A stretch of DNA of 23,313 nucleotides, taken from NCBI RefSeq assembly GCF_006345805.1, contig NW_021836680.1, forward strand, positions 1 through 23,313, given 5' to 3'. Made by a program: the position numbers and the translations under genes. How positions within the stretch are numbered: the first letter of the stretch is position 1; every line of letters starts with the position of its first letter. The DNA is from Octopus sinensis (taxonomy: Eukaryota). Of this stretch, positions 1-10,003 are shown one piece after another. Below the pieces are notes generated by a model. It saw only the letters and a program-made list of their open reading frames with translations, had not been told where the DNA came from and searched no databases.

Positions 1-459
1 TCTACGTATCGTTGCTATTATGCAAAAGTTTTGTAAGTCCAAAACGTTGCTTTTTCAGAAAATAAAAAAATAGCTTCACCATTCCATTTCTTTTTACATT
101 AGCAACAGTTTCAGCTTAACCATAATTCTTTGTTAGGTGCATAAAATCGTAAATCTATGCATGTATGATATTTTCAATCAGAAATAATTTTGCAAAACTG
201 TCTTATGTGAAACTTACTACACTTTTGAAAAAGGCTAAACCATTGCACTACATTTTAACAATTTTCATATCTTGACATCTGAAGCAACTGAGATACGTTA
301 TTTTGATGAAAAGAACCGGCGGTTGCAAGCAAAATTAAATGTTGAACAAAACGCATTTTGCCATATTTGAACATACGACATTTTAATATAATAGCAAAAT
401 ATATGTTTGTATATATATATTTTTTGTATTGCGACTTAAATTTATATAGTCATTTCTTA

Positions 460-725
460 ATTAACACACACACACGCACACACACACATACACACACACA
501 CACACACACTATATATATATATAATATAATATATATGATAATTTATTTATATTCATTATATTATATTTATATATATTATTTATATATATTTAGGAAGAGT
601 CATTTCTTTTCTTGAGAATACACAAGCACTATATATTCGTTCTTGATCTTATTTTATCTCATTGTCTGAAAATCTTTCGTTAAACATTCTGTGACCTCTT
701 CAACGTATCTTCATGCCACGAATCC

Positions 726-758
<33 letters not shown>

Positions 759-777
759 ATACACACACAGACATAAC

Positions 778-809
<32 letters not shown>

Positions 810-883
810 CACACACACACATATATATATACATATATAATATATACTTATGTATGTACTTATATACATATATATATATAATA

Positions 884-925
<42 letters not shown>

Positions 926-960
926 ATATATATATATATTATATACATATATATATATAC
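460..960. repeat. (CA)n/(TA)n microsatellite clusters
   Basis: Visible at about 464-590 and 724-958. Confidence 0.95.
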
Positions 961-1117
961 GACGGGCTTCTTTCAGTTCCGTCTACCAAACCACTAGAAT
1001 GCTTTAGTGGACTCGAGGCCATAGTATGAAATACTTGCACAACGTGCCACGGAGTGTAACTAAACTCGGAACCATGTTGTTCGGAGGCAAACTTCTTACA
1101 CTCTCTCGCATGCACCT
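955..1117 (-). mobile_element. SINE family 1 (tRNA-derived head + CORE-like domain), 5' half, degenerate
   Basis: Reverse complement matches the head of the 14896 and 22664 copies (...GGTAGACGGAACTGAAAGAAGCCCGTCGTATA). Confidence 0.75.
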
Positions 1118-1449
1118 AAGTAAAATATAAATTTGAGGCCTTAAGAAAATAAAACTTAAGGTTACTGATTCCTCAGGTTAGACAGAAAGTAATGACGAAG
1201 AAGAGTGAAATCTATTGCCGTAATATAGGATGACGTATATAGGTTATTCAGCGAAAGGAGGTGCAGGGAATGAAGTAAAAGTGAAAGTAGAAAGTAGATC
1301 GCTGTTCCATGTTGCTGGACAATGATCAGGCATGTTAGTCCACTTTCAATTAGCCTACCCAATTTCTAAAATTATTTTCCAATTACGCTTGATATATGCA
1401 TAGACAATTATTTCAAAATTAATATAAAATTAGCTGTTAATGAACCATT

Positions 1450-1559
1450 ACAAACATATACAGACACACACACAGACATACACATACACGCATATATGTA
1501 TATATATATATATATATATTTTAATGTATATTTTCATGTATACATATATAAATGCATAG

Positions 1560-1616
<57 letters not shown>

Positions 1617-1758
1617 CGTGTGCGTGCGTGTGTGTGTGTGTGTCTGTATAATGGTGAAAAGGTTCGATAAAAAAATTTCTACACGTGATGAATTCTAGGG
1701 AAAAATATGAAAAGAAGAGACACAGACATTTATGTTGGACAATATATATATATTTATA

Positions 1759-1832
<74 letters not shown>

Positions 1833-1836
1833 CGTG
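1450..1836. repeat. (CA)n, (TA)n, (TG)n and (GA)n microsatellites
   Basis: Directly visible. Confidence 0.9.
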
Positions 1837-2179
1837 TATATATTAATAATGCAACATATCCCGCTTGTGCTAAGTGGTGATGAACAATTGTGGATAGATA
1901 AAGAAGGACTGCTGAAAAATTGGAAACAGTGTATAATATAGAATTATATTTTCAGCTTACGATCAAATCAATTGCTTCAACGTGAAGTTAGAAGTCCAAT
2001 ATTGCAAAAGCATTACTGTTCTCTCACTCATAATATCTGGCAGTTTACTTCATGCAATATTTGAACTCAAGTCGAACTACTGGGCGATTTCGTAAAAGAT
2101 CTGACTTCTTTATCTCAATTATGAGTCTGGTAGAAAGGGCAGCGTCTATGGTCCTTGCAGCCCGTCTTAGACCGACGAG

Positions 2180-2450
2180 ATCGATTCCATTAGTGTAGGT
2201 TTGGGAGATTTATAAATTCAAACTTGCGGGAAAGACTATGATCAAGGAAGGAGATTTCCAAAAGGCAGAGATCTTGGGAGGGATGCAGGTGGGAATATAT
2301 GGGTCTTGCGAAACCTGGAGGTAGTCGGGTACCACAAGTGTGATGAGACGAAGAAAGAATAGTAGGATGTGAATACTTATGAGGAAAAGATAAGAGAATA
2401 GCCAGCTCCGAGGAACAGAAAACATTATATGAGTCAACCACGTGCATATA
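2180..2450 (-). mobile_element. Decayed L2/CR1-group LINE 3' relic
   Basis: Frames 2190..2459 and 2210..2461 give CSSELAILL...LSSSHH and IPPKISAFWKSP...VFPASLNL, resembling the C-terminal CSSELA / PRTS.LWNSLP..VFP...NL motifs of this group. Confidence 0.55.
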
Positions 2451-2927
2451 AATGTACACAAACTAACGTTTATTTTTATAAATTATCATCTTATTTGTAT
2501 CTTATTATATGACCCGTTGTACAGACTTGTGGATTAAGAGGTTTCCAGTATAAACAGCATCGTAGTCGAGAAATAACCGCGAGACATGGAGTTCGAAATC
2601 CGTTCGTGGATGTGGATGGTGTCTCAAGCTGCTTCTCATTGTGGTTGATATCACAGACTTATATGCTGCAATCATGCCCAGCAATCATTCCCAGAATTTG
2701 TATATCTGTTATATCGCACGTTCGACGTACAATAAAACGGGATAATAATAATATCCTCGCAAATCGTTCTACTCAAGATACTGGTAATAACCCTCGACAA
2801 TACGCAGCTTCCAGCTTTATACAGGCTCAAATAACTCCCTTGCACTCTCTGCGCATGTCAATTTATATTGTGGCACAGTCCATTTGAAGCCAACCAATAG
2901 TGACGTACCACTTCCACACAACAATAT

Positions 2928-3423
2928 TTATTTCTTTATTGCCCACAGGGGGCTAATCATAGAGTGGACAAGCAAGGGCAGACAAACGGATTATGTCAAT
3001 TACCTCGACCACAGTGCGTAACTGGTACTTATTTAATCGACCCCGAAAGGATGAAAGGCAATTTCGACCCAGGCAGAATTTGAACACCACCCCTAACTTC
3101 TGACCACCTAATTCCCCAAACTTGCAACCCCCTTGATTATTTTATGCGGGGCGCAATTGAGGGAGAGACCAACAAAACTCATTGAAACACCAAAGCTGAA
3201 CTGAAGCCAAGGATTGTGACAGCATTGAGCAACTTCAACAAGGAGACCGTCCAGAAGAGTTGCAGGAGATTCCGAAGACGTCTAGAAGCTATGATTAAAG
3301 CTAATGTCAATTTTATTGAATAGATTTACTCTTTAGTATTTCAAGATGTTTTTGTGTAATGGCACACGAAATACAGCTAAGCATTTCGCCCGGCGAGCAA
3401 ACGGTTTTGCCAACAACCAAGCC
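2928..3423 (-). mobile_element. SINE family 2 with Tx1-like 3' tail, interrupted by the maT fragment
   Basis: 2928-3085 (tail and core: CAGTGCGTAACTGGTACTTATTTAATCGACCCCGAAAGGATGAAAGGC) and 3356-3423 (head: CGAAATACAGCTAAGCATTTCGCCCGGCG) are collinear with the reverse complement of 19053-19215. Confidence 0.85.
3086..3358 (+). mobile_element. Internal 3' fragment of the same maT-like transposon, embedded in a SINE
   Basis: Translates as PPNSP..NPLDYFMRGAIEGETNKTH*NTKAELKPRIVTALSNFNKETVQKSCRRFRRRLEAMIKANVNFIE*. It is the reverse-complement homolog of about 7504-7775. No terminal inverted repeat. Confidence 0.85.
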
Positions 3424-3439
3424 ATGCTGACGTAATGAG

Positions 3440-3648
3440 ACTGAAACTGGTTGTCAAGCTGTGATGGGGAGAACATACATATATAATGGGCATCCACACA
3501 ATTTCCATCCACCAAATTCACTCACAACGCACTGGTCGGCTTGGGAAGAATGTTAGAAGTCACTTGCTCCAAGTAAAGCGCAGTGAAATTGAACCCGAAG
3601 TCAAATACTTGCAGACTCAGCTATTTAACAACAGTCATGCGTGCGCCT
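3440..3648 (-). mobile_element. SINE family 1, degenerate copy
   Basis: GGTTGTCAAG, CCACCAAATTCACTCACAAC and TGAACCCG match the reverse complement of the family 1 copies in this window. Confidence 0.6.
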
Positions 3649-3874
3649 GTATGCGCTATTTCTAATTATTTTATCCGTGTTCATTATACGTAATTATGTT
3701 ATTAATTGAATTAGTGAATTAATGCAGTCATTAATACAGTATTATTATATCTTGTTATTTCAAGTGGACTATTGTAAATGGTATAGAAAAGCTATATATT
3801 GTTATCTAAAATTTCGTGAAATATAACAAAACATTAAGTGCCAGTTGACTACGCAAAATATAATAGCTTCCTAG

Positions 3875-4077
3875 AGGACACACACACTCTACATACACAA
3901 ACACACCAGAAGACACACGCACGCGCACACCCATATATATACACACATATACTCCGCATACACATACACACACACGTTCCACATATTCCACGCACATCGC
4001 TACACACACACATACATGAATTCATGCATTCACTTGCATTTAAGTATACGTACACACACACGCATGATATATATGTG

Positions 4078-4110
<33 letters not shown>

Positions 4111-4122
4111 ATACGCATGATA

Positions 4123-4160
<38 letters not shown>
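3875..4160. repeat. Degenerate (CA)n and (TA)n tract
   Basis: Directly visible. Confidence 0.9.
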
Positions 4161-4164
<4 letters not shown>

Positions 4165-4476
4165 TGTGTGGTGAGTAACTTGCTTACCAACCACATAATT
4201 CCGGGTTCATTCCCACTGCGTAGCACCTTGGGCAAGTGTTCCCTACTGTAGCCTCAGGCCAACCAAAGCCTTGTGAGTGGAATTGGTTAATGGAAACTGA
4301 AAGAATCCCGTAGTATATATACATATATATATGTACGTGTGTGTGTATGTGCGTGTCTGTGTTTGTCCCCCAAAGTCAGTTGACAACTGATACTAGTGTT
4401 TACATCCCCGTAACTTAGCACTTCGGCTACTAGACACCGATAGAATAAGTACTAGGCTTACAAAGAATAAGTCCTG
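4161..4476 (+). mobile_element. SINE family 1, near full length
   Basis: TGGCTGTGTGG A-box, GGTTCATTCC B-box-like, ACCTTGGGCAAGTG CORE-like motif, internal TA/TG repeat, 3' part TTGACAACTGAT...AATAAGTACTAGGCTTACAAAGAATAAGTCC. Confidence 0.88.
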
Positions 4477-4519
4477 CACATATATATAATTATATATATA
4501 CGTATTTGTATATGTAATA

Positions 4520-4569
<50 letters not shown>

Positions 4570-4624
4570 ACATATATACACAGACATATATGCATAGAGT
4601 CTATATACATAAATGTATGCATAT

Positions 4625-4659
<35 letters not shown>

Positions 4660-4685
4660 ATCGATATATATATATATATATATAA
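4477..4685. repeat. (TA)n/(TG)n microsatellites
   Basis: Directly visible. Confidence 0.9.
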
Positions 4686-5357
4686 ATTATTGATGACAGA
4701 AAAATAGTACAGGACGTCACCAACTTCAATAAGTAGATAGTAATATCAGGTCAAATTGTTTCGTAACTTAAAAACATATCAATAATTCATATTATTATAT
4801 TTAATGATAAAGGAATTGTTTACATTTTGCTAGGTGAAAAATATCCTTCAAAATGATGTAGAAAATATGTGCCTGAAGACGTAATTTATATTCATCAAAT
4901 TACAACTATTTCTAATTTTATACACTCCTTATCGTTTCCTCTTGTATCTTACTATATAGACTGTATATGTTTTGTAGAATGATACATTAAGGAGAATTTT
5001 TATGAGTATTACCGGATTACTTGAATCTATACACTGTGCCTCAAATTTATATTATCTCTGTGTGTGTATGTGGGTGTAGGTGTGTGTATGCGTGAGTGTG
5101 GGCCTGAGTGTGCGTGTCTATGTGTGTGTGTACATGTCTGGCATGAAGGTGTACAACAGCTGAACTAGCTAAATCCACAGAATAGCTACATCAAAGGATA
5201 TTAGGACACGTATACAACAGAAAAGAAATATGTGTTGGATCGGAATCTAACGTGAATTTAATGAGAATAATACGACATATGGCAAATGTAAAAAACTGGT
5301 AATTCTACATTCTGCGTTATGATGTCTTGATTATATGCATGCATATAAACGCACGCA

Positions 5358-5414
<57 letters not shown>

Positions 5415-5687
5415 CATATACCTATAAGTATACATTAGTAAATATATTTACAGAAAAGGAAAAGACGAAGACAGGTGTATAAACAAGAAGCAGGTGTATA
5501 AACAAGAAGCAGGTGTATTAGTTTAACGCTTGGGAAGGTGGGTAACTCTTTTATGTTTCGAGTCTATGTTTTCAACAGAAAGGAACACGAGAGAATATAA
5601 CAAGAGAGAATACAAAAACTTTTGGAATAATGTTTGCCTGTCAAACCCTATTTTATGGGGCCCAATAGATGATAGGCCAGTAACAAG

Positions 5688-5925
5688 GAAGTGAAAATTA
5701 TAGTGCAGAAGTGGCTCAAAGAACAGTTAACAGGATTTTACGTTGCAGATACACATGCTCTCATTCGAAGGTGGAACATTGCTTTTGGGAGAAACGGTGA
5801 CTATGTTGAGGAGTAGGGATGTGATCCTCAGAGGACCGGCTTCATTTTAATGTATGATAAATGTTCCCGTGTTGGTAATTATACCTGTCCTAAACAAAAT
5901 GGCGTTACATTTTGATTCACCTTCG

Positions 5926-5927
<2 letters not shown>
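5688..5927 (+). mobile_element. Mariner transposon 3' end (transposase C-terminus + right terminal repeat + TA)
   Basis: 5688-5816 translates EVKIIVQKWLKEQLTGFYVADTHALIRRWNIAFGRNGDYVEE*, the mariner-type LxxRWxxxxxxxGxY.E end. Terminus TTTTGATTCACCTTCG followed by TA at 5926-5927. Confidence 0.8.
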
Positions 5928-6445
<518 letters not shown>

Positions 6446-6789
6446 AGTATTGAAATAGAGAATTATGTTGCATATCCAAACATCTAAGGGAGATTCCCCA
6501 GAAGTTATCGATTTAAACTGAGAGTAAATACTGCATTAATAAACAATTACCTGCATACATTAATTATTTAAAAACCCTAATTTGTTAATTAAGAATTATG
6601 TAGGCCAATATTTTTTCATTCTATATTTTTTCTCTCTCCATTCACAATTTCTTTCATCATTCACCTTTATAACATCGTCAAAACTTCTATACTCCTTCTA
6701 ATTATCGGTGTCTTTGTAATTACCTTGCTAATTCCAAGTGTTGGCGGGTATCAGTCACTCAGTCAGTCTGGCTGTCTGGGTTTATGTGT

Positions 6790-7001
6790 GCATCTATCTA
6801 TCTATCAAATCTATCTACCTACTTATCTATCTATCTATCTACATATATATATATGTATATATATGTATATATATGTGTATATATATATATATATATATAA
6901 TATATAATATATATATATATATCTATAATATGCATGATTATACATACACACACACATATATATATATATATATCATAATACATACATATATATACATATA
7001 T

Positions 7002-7060
<59 letters not shown>
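6790..7060. repeat. (TATC)n/(TA)n/(CA)n compound microsatellite
   Basis: Directly visible. Confidence 0.9.
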
Positions 7061-7063
<3 letters not shown>

Positions 7064-7080
7064 AATTAGTGTACATTTAA

Positions 7081-7237
7081 ACACAAGAGGAGTGACCCTT
7101 AATAGGCAGCTTTACATGCCAGAAGGAGCAGTCAAAACGTCCAAAACCACATTTAAGAACAATTTGTAAGGGAATGAAAAATAAAATCTTTTACCTTGTT
7201 TTTACAGGCTGCCTATTAAGGTTTGCCTCTTTTGTGT
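7081..7237. mobile_element. MITE-like element flanked by TTAA
   Basis: CCTTAATAGGCAGC (7097-7110) is a perfect inverted match to GCTGCCTATTAAGG (7208-7221). Outer arms ACACAA..GAGG / CCTC..TTGTGT. TTAA at 7077-7080 and 7238-7241. Confidence 0.6.
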
Positions 7238-7344
7238 TTAATCGTATACTAATTTTATAGAAAAAATATGTCGTCTATTGACTTTTTATACATGCTAGGC
7301 CACTGGTAGTGAAATTTCAAAAGTTTTGCTACTTTATCTTATTT

Positions 7345-7375
<31 letters not shown>

Positions 7376-7416
7376 TAATATATATATATATATTATATAT
7401 ATATATCTATTTAATA

Positions 7417-8285
7417 AGGTTACGGGGAATAAATTGTCGTCTAAATCATGCAAAACTGAAAATAACACTGACATCGCCTTTTACCAGGCGTATTTATCAT
7501 AAGTACACAAAAACATCTTGAAATACTAAAGACTAAATTTATTCAATAAAATCATTAGCTTTGATCATGGCCTCCAGACGTCTTTGGAATCTCCTGCAAC
7601 TCTTCTGGATGGTCTCCTTGTTTAAGTTGGTCAATGCCGTCACAATCCTTGGCTTCAGTTCATCTTTGGTGTTTCAATGAGTTTTGTTGGTTTATCCCTC
7701 AACTGCGCCGCACATAAAATAATTAAGGGGGTTGCATGTCTGGGGAATTAGGTGGCCAGATGGTAAGGGTGATGTGGTCGCAGAAATTGTCTGACAGCCT
7801 TGACTGGGTTCTCCAGCTTGTGTGGCAGGGTGAAGAATCCAGTTGTGAAACAGAGGGTATTCCAGCAGCCGCCTTGTTGAACAACAGCAGTACTGCCTCC
7901 TCCAGGCACTTAACGTAGGCTACAGTGTTGATGCTGAGACCGTTTGGGAAGATGAATGGAGGCATAATGTCGTCATCACTAGTGATCACTCCAAACACCA
8001 TGTTGATGACTGGATGTTTGATTTTTATCACTGTCGGTATATGTCCTCAGATTGCACAAATAAACGCTCAGAAATGTTCGTATTGGATCTTCTGACGTGA
8101 ATGCCAAGCAATACAGCAAGTCGTTTTCAATTTTCTGGTAGAGGGTAATGCGTCATGGGGCTGTTTTTCTCACAGACGGTGCTCAAATGACACTAACTAC
8201 TATACTGTGTAGTCGACAGAAAGGATAACAAATAATGCGCATGCCCGAAATAAAAAAAATAAAATGGTGACAGTTTCTCTATCGT
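7417..8285 (-). mobile_element. Internally deleted Tc1/mariner-superfamily DNA transposon (maT-like, DD37D)
   Basis: ORF 7723..8031: KHPVINMVFGVITS, QLDSSPCHTS, WPPNSPD. Spacing from the second D to the NPL(D/N)Y position is 37 residues. Putative ATG at 8154-8156 and an N-terminal piece (AVLLGIHVRRSNTNISE) joined at about 8041 to the catalytic region. C-terminus RRF.RRLEAMIKAN.FIE. Degenerate terminal inverted repeats AAATTGTCGTC (7431-7441) and GGTGACAGTTT (8266-8276). Confidence 0.8.
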
Positions 8286-8329
8286 GATGATGCGCAGACT
8301 CACTGAAACAAGTGCAAAAGAATAAAAGG

Positions 8330-8448
8330 ATAGAAAGATGGATAGATAGATAGATAGATAGACAGAGAGACAGAGAGAAAGACAGAGAGACAGACAGACA
8401 GACAGATAGATAGATAGAGAGATAGATAGAGAGATAGATAGATAGATA
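8330..8448. repeat. Compound (GATA)n/(GACA)n microsatellite flanking the Tx1 copy A 3' end
   Basis: Directly visible tetranucleotide repeats. Confidence 0.95.
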
Positions 8449-9709
8449 AGTTTCTTTATTGGCCACACAGGGCTGCACACAGAGGGGACAAGTTACAAGG
8501 TAGAGCTTTTCTTTTGGGGGATGAAGAAAAAAAAGGGGGGCGTAGGTTTTCGATCAAGAGGGATCGTAAAAGGGAAGAAAAGAACAAAATAAATAAATAA
8601 ATAAATAAAATAAAAAATAAAAAGAATAAAGAAAAAAAAAGGAAAAGGAAAAGGAACAAGAGAAAAGAGAAATGAAAAAAGAAGAAAAAAAGGGGAAAAA
8701 GGGAAGAGAAAAAAAAAACGATAATAGGAATCGTGTATCACAGTGTTATGATATGGTGTAAAGGGGAAAGCAAGTAAGGTTTATCCGTGGAAGAAAAGCC
8801 TACGAAAAGACCACGGTAACCTTGGTCAATATTGTTATATGTTACCACATTTGTTTGCAAGTGGGTAACCCTCTGTTTTCAATTTCTGGGTTCATAGGAT
8901 TATGCTCAAGGTGGCTTCGCCATTCATACGTGCCATCCTTGCTACATTCACCCATCTTTTTTTAAAACATTCGCTAGACAAAACTTGCCTCTCTACTCTC
9001 ACTTCCTCTTCAAGTGGTACTTGAAGAAGTTGAGGAGAGATTGACCAGAGAGGAAAGTGTTTGTCTCCAATCCTTTCAGACGCGTCCACCAGATACATTC
9101 TTTCGCCATAGCCACAGGATTATGAAAATAGCTCTTCCTTCCCGTTTGAAGGCAGGAGGCGTGACAATATTGACGATAGACTCAGCTGATAAACCGACTC
9201 GTCCCACACGTGACAGCAGTTGTTCGACATAAGCCCACAGGTCGGAATTGTTGGACACTGCACGAGTGCGTGCAGAACGGTTTCGTCGCTCTGACCGCAT
9301 CTCGGGCAGGTCGGCCCCGTGTTTCTCGAGCCGTGTCTGTAGAGCTTATCCCGAACGGGTAGCGCTTCTCGGTAGCACTGCCAGGCCAGGGATCTCTGGA
9401 AGTTGTCCATGGGCCCTGGCCCGAAAGTCGTCCTGAACAGGCGGGTCGGGTACTCCTCGTCGACGTCCAGGTTCGCCCCGAGCTCGTCGTCGTACCTCCC
9501 CTCCACTAATCCCCTATAGAGCTTGCTTTGTTGTTTGAAGTCACTCAAGGTCGACCCAGGACGGCAGAGATGCTTGAGATCAACGCGACACTCGCGGTGC
9601 CATTCGCCCTTCCTCGGCCTCTTTTTGATCCACGACTGCAGTTCGGTCTTGGAGACGAGATGCGGGAAAGCGTGCCTCACAAACGTGACCACACCTGTTC
9701 ACCGTCGTC

Positions 9710-9711
<2 letters not shown>
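8449..9711 (-). mobile_element. Tx1-clade retrotransposon, copy A (C-terminal ORF2 + ~440 bp 3' UTR)
   Basis: Aligns with copy B 10004-11217 (e.g. ACCGTCGTCTA at 9701-9711 and 11207-11217). Encodes LQSWIKKRPRKGEWHRE...CPRCGQSDETVLHALVQC...KKRWVNVARM...IIL* (stop 8892-8894). (GATA)n on both sides. Confidence 0.93.
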
Positions 9712-9760
<49 letters not shown>

Positions 9761-9771
9761 GAGATAGAGAG

Positions 9772-9810
<39 letters not shown>

Positions 9811-9916
9811 TAGCTAGACAAATAGATAGATAAATGGATAGATATGTAGAAAGATAGATAGATGGATAAATAGATAGATAGATAAATAGATATACTAAAA
9901 GACAGACAGATAATAG
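9712..9916. repeat. (GATA)n/(GA)n microsatellite between Tx1 copies A and D/B
   Basis: Directly visible; pure GATA for about 40 bp, then degenerate. Confidence 0.95.
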
Positions 9917-9996
9917 ATGTTTTTTGGGAAGAGAAGGAAAAGAAAAAAGGAAAGTGGGGTAGAAATTCGATCAAAATCGATCATTAAAGAAAGGCG
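9917..9996 (-). mobile_element. Degenerate, internally deleted relic of the same Tx1 3' UTR (copy D)
   Basis: TTTTTGGG...AAGAAAAAAGG...GGGGTAGAAATTCGATCAAAATCGATCATTAAAG resembles TTTTGGGGG...AAAAAAAGGGGGGCGTAGGTTTTCGATCAAGAGGGATCGTAAAAGG of copies A and C; lies between GATA tracts. Confidence 0.5.
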
Positions 9997-10003
9997 ATAG
10001 ATA

